Origin: Eledone cirrhosa
Taxonomy: Eukaryota
NCBI GenBank assembly: GCA_964016885.1
Contig: OZ024740.1
Location: forward strand, 54,498,001 to 54,562,000
Direction: 5' to 3'
DNA length: 64,000 bases
In this document: one piece after another, positions 11,968 through 25,363 of the stretch
Layout of the letters: the number at the start of each line of letters is the position of its first letter
How positions within the stretch are numbered: the first letter of the stretch is position 1
The notes under the pieces: generated by a model
What the model saw: only the letters and a program-made list of their open reading frames with translations
What the model was told of the DNA's origin: nothing
Database searches by the model: none
Made by a program: the position numbers and the translations under genes

Positions 11968-12885
11968 TATAAGCAGTGGTACACAGCGTTGCACGGGATA
12001 AGCTATTTTGGAACGCGGACCGCCAACAGACCTAATCGTGGAAAAACTGCATGTCTGGACAATATGTAAAGAAAATAAACCGAATACTCTGATGGCTGGA
12101 TAATCTTTAACAATTTCCTCGATGAAGCAGGAAAAATGCAAGTTTTCACCTAATGCGGATCAAGAAAATGAATTTTTTTATGTGCATAATATGCCTTTAA
12201 ATTTCGGGAAATTCGGCTAGACGTAACGCCTCCAAAAAGCCCTGAGTAGCTGAAAAAATGAAGTTTTTCACCTAATGCGTCTCCTAGGCCATAAGAAAGT
12301 TGGATTTTCTTTGCTTACGGTATGAAGAAGAGACTGAATAATACATAGTTACAATTTCAAGGAAATTGGTCTGACGTAACGCCTCAAAAACCCCCTAAAA
12401 ATCTTTAAAAACGCAGTTTTTCACCTAATACGGGCCCTAGGAGATAAAAAAAAAACACGTGGTATTTTATGTGCATAAGACTCCCTGAAACATAAGTAAT
12501 ACACATGTAAAGTTTGAAAAAGATAGGTTGGGTACTTCTCGAGTTTTAGGGATTCAAACTCACACACACACATACACAGACATCCTCAAGGAAGTGACGT
12601 AATGCAGACAGCCAGACGTACGGACATATATTATAAGGGCGCGACGTTATATGTATGTATCTATCTAAAAAGAGAAAGACTAAGAATTATAAAGCGAGAT
12701 CGCTAAATCGCCTAATGCGGTCGCTAGAACATTGACAATTTGAAATTTATTTTGTTCAGAACACTTCCTGAAACATGAGCATTACATGTGTAAAGTTTGA
12801 AAACAGTCAGTTGGGTGGTTCTCGAGTTTTAGGGATTCGAACTCACACACACACAGACAGACGTCCTCAGTTTTATATATATAGA
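11968..12885 (-). mobile_element. Non-autonomous Helitron-like element
   Basis: Minus-strand 5' end TCTATATATATAAAACTGAGGACGTCTGTCTG at 12884. Decayed 3' hairpin/CTAG end near 11970, similar to the end at 37076. Internal repeats (ttttcacctaatgcgg) and a duplication of 12485-12590 at 12765-12870. Confidence 0.6.
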
Positions 12886-12924
12886 TATATAAATGTACAC
12901 ATATATATATATATATATGCATGA

Positions 12925-12971
<47 letters not shown>

Positions 12972-12979
12972 TGCAAATA

Positions 12980-13017
<38 letters not shown>

Positions 13018-13058
13018 CATTTATATATCTATATATATAAAACTGAGGAAGTCTGTCT

Positions 13059-16000
13059 ATATGTGCAAACATTGATAATGTTCCGATGAATCGAACCGAG
13101 AGTTTGGAAGAAACGATTGTCAGCTATTAAATGATTTGAACACAACTTTGATAATTGATAATTGTATAATTTATTTATTTAACTGCTTTGTAAAACAACT
13201 GATGTTCATACATTGAGCCATTTCTTTTACTGGTAATAAGGTAATTAAGATATTACTGACCTTTCTGTTTATGGTTGTTTATACTATATACATAACTATA
13301 AATAGTATTATTATTATTTACTTCTCCATACAGTTGAGCTAACATACATTAAATTACCAGTATGTTTATCTAAGATCACCTTCCTATGTCTACTAAGAAT
13401 ATACCAATACCACCTAAAGATACATATGGAAAATTATTGATCAATAGTGTCAACTCTTTTATCAATAGAGTGAGATGGACGAGATTCCATTACGATAGAA
13501 AACGTTCGGACAAAAACAGGGATACGAATAACTTCGATAATCACGGCTTTAAAACATTTAAAAGCCCTCCTCACAACACATATTAAACTCATTTGAAAAT
13601 GATCTAATTAAACTAGTTAAGAACATATAATATTAAAAAAAACATCATAATAGAAACAACACCTTCTTAAACTACCTTAACTCCACTATTAAAGGATTTA
13701 ATAAAAATAGAAAAGTAACAGTGCATGCAGATAAAACTAATAATATATATAGCTTAGATTACGATACTTATAGGAAATTTATATATAAGGAACTGCAGAG
13801 GAACAACAACAAAACTACTACTAAAAGAAGATATAAATATTGAAGGCCGTAATATAGTGAGTAAATTAGATTTTCAGAGACATACACAGCCATACACCCC
13901 TAATCCCCCAAGATTCTCTCTGAAGGACCATAAAGAAGACTTCATTACTAAACCTTCAATTAGACAGATTTGCCCTTCCAAGTCTGACATTAATATTATC
14001 AGCAAGAAAATATTAGATAAATCATCCAACAATTTAAGCACAAAATATACCTTAACCAATGGGAAAATACGGGTGAGGTTATTGAATGGTTCAAGGGTAT
14101 TAAAGAGTGTAAAAATAAAAAGTTTATACACTTTGATATCAATTCTTACTACACATCTATTTCCCCTATCCTATTAAATAAGTCTCTTATTATGGCCATG
14201 AACAATAGTGACCTGCATAGATCCCAAATTGATGTCATACTTGCGGCCCGAAAAACCATAATTACATTTGAAGAACAATTATGGACCCGCAAGGATACGC
14301 ATAACAACTTCGACGTAACCATGGGATCTAATGACTCGGCGCAGGTCACCGATTTGGTGGGCCTATACCTACTTAATGAAATCCATAAGAACCTACCCTA
14401 CCTCAACGGTGGTTTATACCGCGATGATGCGCTTCTTCTCATAGACTATAAACAATTTAATATAGAAAAAATTAAGAAACAGTTACACAAAATTTTAAAA
14501 AACTACAACTTAAGTATCACCTTAGATAAAAACACTAAAAGCGTCAACTTCCTTGACGCTACCCTTAGCCTAGACTCTAGAGTAAACACACCCTATCATA
14601 AACCTAACGGACAACTACTTCATGTGAACACCAACTCTAACCACCCTAAATCCATATTAAACTCCATTACCAAAGGAATATCTAATAGAATCTCTAATCT
14701 ATCATATAATGAAACTATATTTAACAATAATTCACAATACTATAATGAGGCCTTAGCTAAATCAGGACATGAGGATGAGATTGAATTCCTGCCTATAAAA
14801 TCACATAGTTACAACATTATTTCTCATAATATGGCCATGAGGAAAATAGTAAAAACACTAGCCACTATAATTCTAGGACGAAGATTAATACCAAACTTAA
14901 CTTGCACCAAAGTAAACACCACAATAATAATTTAAACAGGGATATGAATAGTAAAAAAATAATAATATAAACAAAAATAGAAGGAGAACTAATACATTCA
15001 TCAATCCCCCTTTTAATCTAAACGTCACTACCAACTTGCCTAAGGCTTTCTTCTCAATCTTAGAAAAAAACTTCCCGACCGGTCACAAGTATCATAGCCT
15101 TATCAATAAAAATACAATTAAAATATCGTACTCCACCACACCTAACATAGCATACCATATAACTAATAGTAATAAAAGGAAGATTAATAACTAGTTCCAA
15201 CTAATTAAAACACAACAGGGAGTAAACTTAATACATGTAAACAATAGTAGCAATAATAGTAATAATAATAATAGCACTAATGAAATCAATAACAATACGA
15301 ATGATAGGCATCATTACCCTAGTGCTAACCCTAGCAACCAGAATTCTTCACAACATAGGAACCGGCAAGCTAACACCCAGAATAAATGTAACTGTAGAAC
15401 AAATAGAACTTGCCCCTTAGGTAATAATTGCTTAACCAAAGACATCATCTCCTCATGCACCATCAACGCAAACAACTCTTCTAAAACATATATAGGTTCT
15501 ACTTCGAACAACTTCAAGACGAGATACAACTCTCACCTCCACTCTTTCAAGAAACCAATATAGCCAGCTCCACTTCTTTATCTAGCTACATACACTCTCT
15601 GAAAACTAAGAATAGACCATTTACACTCCAATGGGATGTAATAGGTTTGGCCGCATCGTATAAAGCACCGAATAAATTGTGTAATCTCTGCCTTCTGGAC
15701 ACCCATACTATAGTCTTTTCGAAACTAGACCTCCTGAATAGAAAGTCAGAGACATTTTCCTCGTGCCAACACTGGAAAAGTATGCAAAAACTGTATGTTT
15801 CTCAACACACATTAATTCGAACACCATCAACATTCAACACACACCAGAGACTCTAATACATTAACATATTTGCTTCAACTGCAGTATTTATTCATCTATA
15901 TATGCATAATAGATTTGCTTGTCTCCCTCTCATGTATATGACTTACGCAGTCACACTATCCACACGCCTGCATATGATTTGTTATCGCACTCTTCCTTTC

Positions 16001-16372
16001 TTAAAACTGCTTCCTCAATGCCTCTTTAATATTTGGACTATTCCCTTGTTTTAACAGTTGCATGTATTCCTCTCCGTGCTTTTGATTATGATTTTAATTT
16101 TAATTTTGATTTGTATTTGAACTTGAATGTTTGTACAATTATTGTACCATTCTTGTAAAATATATGTCACATCCATTCCACCCTGTAAATACGAAACTGA
16201 TGCTCACAACATCAATTTATATGTATCTATATTATTGTTCAGTTGGATAGGAGGGTAATTATATGTGCAAATATTGATAATGCTCCGATGAACCCAAACG
16301 AGAGTTTCGAAGAAACGATTGTCGGCTATTAAATGATTTGAACACAACTTTGATAATTGTATGATTTATTTA
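13059..16372 (+). mobile_element. Near full-length decayed Penelope-like element (RT + GIY-YIG) with direct pseudo-LTRs
   Basis: RT motifs FDVTMGSNDSAQVTDLVG, GGLYRDDAL, VNFLD, YHKPN, SNHP. CNCR..CPL..NCL and TYIGSTSNNFKTRYNSH at about 15380-15540. Frameshifts and stops present. Repeats of about 110 bp at 13059-13170 and 16261-16372. Confidence 0.9.
16279..16330 (+). ncRNA. HHR-like motif in the PLE pseudo-LTR (second copy at 13077-13128); core reads CCGATGA
   Basis: gct CCGATGA ...aaac gaga gttt... GAAA cgattg TC (a/g)gc. The U4C change is present in both copies. Confidence 0.55.
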
Positions 16373-16403
16373 TATAGATATATATATACATATATACACG
16401 CAT

Positions 16404-16483
<80 letters not shown>

Positions 16484-16794
16484 GAGTGAGATTTTTTTTA
16501 CAAAATGAAAAAAAAACGAGGTGTCCTACACGAGTGAAAATATAAGGAAAAAAGATGAAATCGAAAATGCAACTGGAGTCTTTTTTTAAAATATATATTT
16601 ATTTGGTTCCTTTACCCGTTTCGCAGTTCTTCTGGTTTTCAAAAGTAGAATTGAGATGGAGGGTTTGTGGTATTTCTCACATCTGTTTAGTGTACTGCGT
16701 TTTTTTTTCTGTAGTACATAATGTTCTGGCCAAGGTTAGAAGAGTAAACTATAGGGAGGGGGAGAGCGAATAGTTAGAATGTCATAAAATACAA

Positions 16795-17700
16795 TAAGTG
16801 AGATAAAATTGTTGAAAACGGTGTAAACCATTGAATGTGGTCATCGGATTCCGCCAAGAATGCTGTCTGTTACCTCTCTTGTACATTATTTTAATAACTA
16901 GAATTGACACGCGCATCCGGACAGGAGATGGTATCATCAGGGGAAGAATGAGACGTCTGGAGTTTGCAAACGACATGGTTTTATTTAACTCGACTGGTGA
17001 TCTCCAACATACACTTGATAGGATTGATGCCGAGTGCTGCATGGCTGAAATGAAAATCATTACTCCGAAATCAAGGAAATCTGCCCACTGCACACTACAT
17101 GTGAATGGAGTTCCACTGAATCTGGTGGATAATTTCAAGAAACTCTGGGATGTGTCCGCGTGTGATGGATGGCAGGAGGCTGAATTAAGTGTAAGAACTG
17201 CAGGAGCTAGTGCAGTAATGGGCTAGCTTCAGCATTGGGTAATTAGAATGTAGGTAGGTTTAAAAGCCAAGCTCGCATTCTTTAATTCGGTATTTGTTCC
17301 AACCCTTACCTATGGTCATGAATTTTGGGCAATGATCGAAAGTATACGATCGAGAATACAAGCGGCCGAAACGGAGTTCCGCCGAAGGTTCTTTGAAGTA
17401 ATGTTACTCGATAAAGTGCGTAGGTCGGAGATCAGAATGTCGATCTATTTAGAGCCACTCCGTCTCCGAAATTTTAGATATCTCAGCACCGTTATTTTTG
17501 GCACGTGCTTAGAATGTCTCTGGAAAAAGTCTCTGGGCATATTTTACGAACAAAATCAACTGGCTAGAGATCCTTGGATAGGATCGATCAAGAAGGATGA
17601 CATCCATGAGATTGGTTGGTCTTGTTTGGGGATCCAGCGGGATCAGTTGGAGACGGTTGCTTCTGACAAGATCCGCTGAAGACTCTGTCCTAACGAACCT
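16795..17700 (+). pseudogene. RTE-clade LINE reverse transcriptase 3' fragment
   Basis: GFRQECCLLPLLY (G.RQG..LSP.LF), LEFANDMV (FADD), PTLTYGHE and RIQAAETEFRRR...LDKVRRSEIR, with stops and frameshifts. Confidence 0.8.
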
Positions 17701-17845
17701 CTCAGGGCAAAGAAGAAAGAAAAAAGAAGTTTAGATTTAGAATTTGGATTAAAATTAATGTTAGTATGATTTTTAGAATGGTTACCGTGAACTGTTCGTG
17801 GCTACAGTCTACTAACCTTGTTGTTGTATTAGTATTGGTCACTTA

Positions 17846-17886
17846 AAGTGAGCGGTTTCGGATTTTATAACCCTTCTTCAGACCAA
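17846..17886 (-). ncRNA. Degenerate type I HHR
   Basis: Minus strand reads ggt CTGAAGA aggg ttataaaa tcc GAAA ccgc TC act; stem III is one change from palindromic accggt. Confidence 0.45.
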
Positions 17887-19127
17887 CGCATTATATTAAA
17901 TGATGACCTCTTCCCAGTGCTGAGTATGTATGTACGTAGTTGACATATTTATATTTGAATCATTTGTTTCCGGTTGTTATCTGAGTGATATCTTACGTCA
18001 CTGAGTGCAGTAAGCTGAAGTCTTAACCCTCTATTTTTCTGAGACAGAGCTTGTCAATATTAGTGCTACCGTGAAACCTTGCAGCAGATGCCTCTACATT
18101 TGGGGACTTTAATATTTCTATAGAGTACTTCTTCACAGATTTCTAAAATAGAGTAAATGGTGGTACCAGTACCGTTACTGGGAACAGATTGTAAGTATTT
18201 TCTCGTAAAATAAATCTTCAACTAGTATCTTTTTTAAAATTCCGGTACTATATTGTTTGGTCATTCTGCCTTTGTTCATTGTAAGTTTCTATGATATATA
18301 TTCATCAATAGCTAAGTAGTTGGAGCAGACGTTGTGTGGGACGTGAGGTTGAGAGAAATCAATGGCGCAAATGTTTTATATATATGTGTATAAGGATGCA
18401 AGCATGTATGCTAAGTTCCATGTATGTAAGGGAGAATGTACTTAAGAAACATATAACTCATTACCTGAAAGCATTTAAGTAACCTCTATCAGGAAAAGTG
18501 TGAAAGTAACTCATGCTACAATGAACAGGAAATGAAAATAAATTGTCCCCACTGGAAGCGTTTTGAAATATCTCTGATATTTCCTTTACAATTCCATGTG
18601 GCCTTCTCTCCATTTTTATTTACCTTTTCAATTTCCATCACTAACTATCTTCAAACTGTTCTTGAGGCTTTAGCTGACATTCACCTTGCTTGTATATTTA
18701 CTTATGTATTGTTTAGATTTTTATCTTTCTTGCCCACACACTATCTTACACTTTCTACATCGATTGTTGTCTCTAAAAGCCACTCTCTACTTGTGTAAAT
18801 ACATACATAACTGCATGCACATCCATCAGTGTTGTCCAAATTCCAATGGATGATCGTTGTTTGTAGGCTAGTACCTGAGTATTTTGTAAATAAAACGATT
18901 ACAAATGCAGATATATATATATAGAGAGAGACGAAATTTGTCCCAAATATAAACGTACTAATGTTCTTAAGTACGAAATGATAACACAACAACTGGTTGA
19001 TATATATATAGACCTGTTTGTTATGACCTCATATGCACGTAGATACATGTTTCAATATAATCGACTTAGTCAATTGTGAGTTATTTTTGTTTATGTACAG
19101 ACGAATTTATAACGTCTATCACGTTTG

Positions 19128-19500
19128 CGATGGTAGAAATATCGAACAAATGTACGTGATAACATTTTGTATGCAACATAATAAATTTGCCCTCGAAACA
19201 TTTCATTCTTTACCACCAGCTTATGGAAATGCCACTCTGTCAAGAAACCTGTTTTTAAAGTGGCACGGCGTCTTCAAAGTGAGTCTAGAAAATGTTGAAG
19301 AGGAAACTCTCTTCATGGAAAGCCAATATTGTCAACAAATGAACAAAATGTGAAAGATCACCGATTAATTAAGAAAGTTGCTTGTGGGAGAAACGTGTTT
19401 CGATAACAATTCACACAATTTTAACAGACAACTTGCACATGCGTAAATTTTGCACAAAAATGCCAAAACAATTGTCTGGGTAGCAAAAACTGAACCGTTT
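19128..19500 (+). pseudogene. mariner transposase N-terminal relic
   Basis: RNIEQMYVITFCMQHNKFALETF...AYGNATLSRNLFLKWHGVFKVSLENVEEE matches the mariner HTH pattern (EQR..IKFC...ETF...AYG..LS...F.W...FK.G.E.VED). Confidence 0.75.
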
Positions 19501-19694
19501 GTAAATTTCTCTAAGGACCCTTAGAGAAAATGACTTCAGGTTCTCCCAGGATCAATGGAAAAAACGTTGGAACCACTGTATTTGAAAGAAAATAATTTCA
19601 CGTTCGTCTAATATACATTTAAAACATCATTACCCTTACTTTTGTGAAAATCCTCGTATATATCGTATATATGAATATATATATATCGTATATA

Positions 19695-19800
<106 letters not shown>

Positions 19801-21296
19801 AGTTTCGCTGCTATTTCAAAGAATAGCAATATTGTAAATGGACTTTCATGTAAGAAAGCACAGAATGATTCCGATTTTATTGTTATTGGTTATCAAGCAT
19901 AACATGTATCTAAACAATTGAATTATAACCAACAACATCCACCTGCATTTATCAATTGCACTACTGTTTCAGCCATCATCTACCCTGGGCTCTGCGATTT
20001 GCTTGCAACAAGGTGCAGGACAAGTGTTATTCCTCATTACTCTCATTTCAAATTACTCATTAAGAATGAACTTCATTAACCTTTAGTTTTTAGTTATAAT
20101 TCCACATAGATACTCATCGTCCGACCTAATCACCCGAAAACGGAAGCACCTCGTCTAATTTGCATCGGCCCTAATATGTTCATAGAAAAACATACTGAGA
20201 GTTTCATACACCAGTTCATTGAAACCGTTAAATAAATTGAACAATATTAGCTTAAGAAATATGTGGTTTCCATTTCACGTAGATCGATGGACCAAGTAGA
20301 CGAGCCCACTAAATCCCAGAGTACGTTCATATCACTCCTTATAAAAATGTTATTTGCATAACCGATATAAACAGATATAATAAAACAAGAAACACCTTCC
20401 CCTTAACATCAAGACCAAATGAATTTGTAAATATCACCCGACACAAAGTAACTACTTATTATTCTAAATAAAAATAAACTTTCACTCTTTATGGGGAAAA
20501 CATATGTTAAAACAAACTGAAGGTATGTCTAATACAGGATATTGAAACTCAAGGTTTCAAAAGGGCTATTACATCTTGGGACACAAATGACAATGTGCCA
20601 AAATTCAAATGTGGTTGGTTGTTATCTACCAGTTATAATTCTAATTTGCTATGCAACTTACAGACACGTAATTATTTATCATTTTCATGAAGATGAAGAT
20701 GCAAGTGGTAGTGATTGATATTATGTATATTAGAACAAAATAGAGGGGGACCAATTCTTTGGTACACATTTTCCTCTATTTTGCCGCCGAAAAGAGGAAC
20801 ATAGTTTTCAAGGTCCATACGGTCCGCGAGCCATGTGTTTTAGGCCATGGTCTAATAAACGCGTTGTTTAGAATACGTGCACATCATATATATATATATA
20901 TATATATATAAATATAAAGATTTACATATACATAAAGTCATAGATATCTATGTGGCAACCGGTCACGTTGTAGCTCAATGAAGAATTAATAAATTAAATA
21001 ATCAGAGCAATATATCATAAATCATGTCCTTAGAATTATTAGATAAAATATATACCATTTTCTCTCCCAATTAGCATAATTAACCATATAAAAAATCAAT
21101 TAGACCAGGCTATAAGAATAAAGGCTCCTATAAAGAAATTTTCGACAAATAACCGAAAGCGGCCTCTTCGCAGTGACCCCAATAGAGTATTTATCCAACA
21201 TGTCAACAGCATCTAGAAACTGAATAAATATACCGTCAACCATACACAATTAGGTGTAAATTTAAACTTAGAAGAAACGTGTACATACCTTAATTA

Positions 21297-21377
21297 TATC
21301 TCTACTATGGTTTCGTCCGTATTTTTAGATATCCTATTGTTAGGATGTACCCAGAGTAACAGACTCATCAGGAGACA
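21297..21377 (-). ncRNA. Type I HHR with long branched stem II
   Basis: tgtctc CTGATGA gtctgt...[atccta acaa taggat]...acggac GAAA ccatag TA gagata. Confidence 0.75.
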
Positions 21378-21941
21378 AACTCAAGATTGGACAGTTAATT
21401 TTCCAAAGCGATCGCGCCAAAAATAGATTTAAAAATGGCTAAGAATCGTGACGTGGCAGTGGTCAAGATAGAAAGAATGCGATTAGTTGCTTACGGTGGG
21501 TAGGCTTGTTGCTAGAAAGCGCAGCCAAATATCGCCCAATTGTATCTCAACCCAACGGGAGATTATTAAATATAAATATTTACATATACATAAAGTCACA
21601 GATAAATATGTAGCAACCAGTCCCGTTGTGGCTCAATGAAGAATTAATAAATTAAATAATAAGAGCAATATATCATAAATCATGTCCTTAGAATTATTAG
21701 ATAAAATATATACCATTTCCTCACCCAATTAGCATAATTAACCATATAAAATATCAATTAGACCAGGCTATAAGAATAAAGGCTCCTATGAAGACATTTT
21801 CGACAAATAACCGAAAGCGGCCTCTTCGCGGTTACACAAACATTTCAACAGCATGTAGAAACTAACTAAATATACCGTCAACCATACACAATGTGGTGTA
21901 AATTTAAACTTAGAAGAAACGTGTACATACCGTAATTATAT

Positions 21942-22019
21942 CTCTACCATGGTTTCTTCCGTATTTTTAGATATCCTATTGTTAGGATGTACCCACAGTA
22001 AAAGACTCATCAGGAGACA
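21942..22019 (-). ncRNA. Second copy of the long-stem-II HHR
   Basis: Palindromic stem III accatggt is intact here, but the base of stem II is mutated (acggaa). Confidence 0.6.
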
Positions 22020-22391
22020 AACTCAAGATTGGACAGTTAATTTTCCAAAGCGATGCCGCCAAAAATAGATTCAAATGGTTGACGATATATTTAGTCAGTT
22101 TCTACATGCTGTTGAAATGTTGGATAAATACTCTATTGGGGTCACCGCGAAGAGGCCGCTTTCGGTTATCTGTCGAAAATTTCTTCATAGGAGCCTTTAT
22201 TCTTATAGCCTGGTCTAATTGATATTTTATATGGTTAATTATGCTAATTGGGACAGGAAATGGTATATAATTTATCTAATAATTCTAAGGACATGATTTA
22301 TGATATATATATATAATATGTATATGTATATGTATATATATATATATACATATATATGTGAGAAAAACCACAGACCCTCCCTCTCAACTCA

Positions 22392-22429
22392 CCTTTTGAA
22401 AAGCAGAAGAACTGCGAAACCGGTAAAGG
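22392..22429 (+). ncRNA. Type I HHR with U3-A8 core variant
   Basis: cctt TTGAAAA gcag aagaa ctgc GAAA ccgg TA aagg. All three stems are perfect and stem III is the palindrome ACCGGT. Confidence 0.7.
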
Positions 22430-22565
22430 AACCAAATAAATATATATATTTAAAAAAAAAAAAAAAAAGACTTCAGTTGCATTTTCGATTTCATCTCTTT
22501 TTCTTTATACTTTCACTCGTGTAGGACACCTCGGTTATTTCTCATTTTGTAAATAAAAACCTCAC

Positions 22566-22617
<52 letters not shown>

Positions 22618-22734
22618 ATGAAACGAAATTTCATTTCTCACTCTTAGTACGGCTGATACCTAAATATAGGTATGTATACGTACATACATATATGTGTACA
22701 GACGTAATTAGTATGTATATATATACATACATGC

Positions 22735-22765
<31 letters not shown>

Positions 22766-23001
22766 ACGAAGGAAATGTGGTAAGGAACAAGGTGGACCAA
22801 AACGCACCAAAGTACTCAATACTTGAGGTAGTAGAGTGGGTAATAGGAACCAGTAATATATATATATATATATATATGTACGTATGGGTTTACCAAACAT
22901 TTATTATAATGTTCGGTTTGTTTGTAAACAAACAGCCCGAAATACGCCGTACAGTGCTCGGCATCCATCGTTGCCCTTTTGTTCAACACTGACACAGGAA
23001 T

Positions 23002-23040
23002 GATGTACTAGTTTCAAGCTTATTAGCTATCGTCAGCATC
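23002..23040 (-). ncRNA. Type I HHR (inverted copy)
   Basis: Exact reverse complement of 23468-23506. Confidence 0.75.
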
Positions 23041-23467
23041 GTATACCTTTCTGTCAGATGAATGAACGTTTGAAAGTATATATTTTCCTCATGCATATTA
23101 ACGGCTGAGCAGCCTAATTTGCTGAGCAGCTTAATCGGGCTGTTTGTTTACAAACAAACCCAACATTATCATAAAAGTTCGCTAAACCCATACGTACATA
23201 TATATATGTGTGCATGTATGTATAAATATATATACTACTGTATGTCTGTACACATTATATGTATGTACGTGTACATACTTATATTTAGGTATCAGCCGTA
23301 CTAAAAGTTAGAAATTTCATTTCATTTCATTCTTTTCCATTTATCGTTTTCGGTTCCTCCGCCCGACTAACTCACTCGCTTTGCAAATTAGGCTCCTTAG
23401 CCGTTGTTAATATGCATCAGGAAAGTATATACTTTCAAACGTTCAATCATCTGAGAGGAAGGTATAA

Positions 23468-23506
23468 GATGCTGACGATAGCTAATAAGCTTGAAACTAG
23501 TACATC
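23468..23506 (+). ncRNA. Type I HHR
   Basis: gatg CTGACGA t agct aata agct t GAAA ctag TA catc; U-U at 10.1-11.1, GUA triplet. Confidence 0.75.
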
Positions 23507-23724
23507 GTTCCTGTGTCAATGTTGAACAAAAGGGCGACGACAGTTGCCGAGCACTGTACGGCGTAATTCGGGCTGTTTGTTTACAAACCCACAGAGCATT
23601 ATAATAAATGTTCAGTGAATCCATACGTACATATATATATGTGTGCATGTATGAATATATATATACATACTACTGTACGTCTGTATACATATATGTATGT
23701 ATGTATATATATAAATAGTATATA

Positions 23725-23773
<49 letters not shown>

Positions 23774-23824
23774 TATATATATATATATATATATATAGTT
23801 ATATATATATATATATATATATAG

Positions 23825-23858
<34 letters not shown>

Positions 23859-23906
23859 TTATATATATATATATATATATATATAGTTATATATATATAT
23901 ATACAG

Positions 23907-23944
<38 letters not shown>

Positions 23945-23951
23945 TTATATA

Positions 23952-23987
<36 letters not shown>

Positions 23988-23989
23988 GT

Positions 23990-24029
<40 letters not shown>

Positions 24030-24094
24030 GTTATATATATATATATATACATATATATATAGTTATATATATATATATACATATATATATATAC

Positions 24095-24126
<32 letters not shown>

Positions 24127-24134
24127 ATATATAC

Positions 24135-24209
<75 letters not shown>

Positions 24210-24270
24210 CACATATATATATATACATATATATATACACATATATATATAGTTATATATATATATATAC

Positions 24271-24301
<31 letters not shown>

Positions 24302-24993
24302 CACATATATAGTTATATATATATATATACATATATATATATACACATATATATATATATATATATAGTTATATATATATATATAGTTATATATATATAT
24401 ATTGTTAATAACTCCCTCTGGTCGAGCAATCTTTGAAGTGTGGGGAGAGCTGGAAAGCTTCCATTACTCATACTTCTCGCCTTCTTCACCACCTCTTCTA
24501 CGGCCTCGATATAAATACCCCCTCCACCTCCGTGGTATTTTCTTCGGGGTTATAAGAGGCTTAGCTCTGTTTCTCGACCGTTATATCGCGTGACTATCTC
24601 CCCCTCCGCCTTTTGGGATTCTTTCTCACGTCGTGTAGACGCGTTCTTGAGACTAGTAAAATGAGGTATCCTCTTGATAAGTCGGCAGACCTCGCAAGGA
24701 CTCTATATCTTTACGATATATTGTTTTTGTTTATGCCACCAAACTACGTAGTCGAGGATTTTAGGAGCAGTTTAGGTATGATACATTTTATTACTAATTA
24801 TATCTAAATGTTTCTTCTCTCTTCATAATGTATTTTTAACTCTGATACTGGTTCAGTCTAGTTCAAATGAATTGGTCTGTCCCAGTCATTCATTGAGCAA
24901 CATCGGTGAAGTTGGCACCCTTAACTCACAGTTGGGTGCGGATGCATTCATGTATATGTGTGTGTGTCCGCATGTATCTGTGTGTTTCTAAAT

Positions 24994-25070
<77 letters not shown>

Positions 25071-25087
25071 CATATATATACATATAC

Positions 25088-25156
<69 letters not shown>

Positions 25157-25325
25157 GTAAGACCAGTGTTCAGCTTAGTACTCGATACTTAAGAAAGTAG
25201 AAGCGTATCGGTATTAAAATATGTGTGCATATATATATATATATATATATCGCTAAAAAGCTTTCTCCGATATTGTATTATATATATATTATATTTAGAA
25301 TATATATTATTATATATATATATTT

Positions 25326-25363
<38 letters not shown>

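Larger units (their letters stand above)
20907..22305 (-). mobile_element. Mini-element: two tandem units (period 658) with HHRs plus an inverted partial copy at 22078-22305
   Basis: tttacatatacataaagtca occurs at 20921 and 21579. A reverse-complement segment follows. Flanked by (TA)n. Confidence 0.85.
22612..23700. mobile_element. HHR mini-element with direct and inverted unit segments, related to the 466-bp family
   Basis: 22875-23120 is inverted relative to 23385-23635, and 22612-22740 relative to 23210-23335. 23135-23270 is repeated directly at 23569-23700. Confidence 0.8.
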
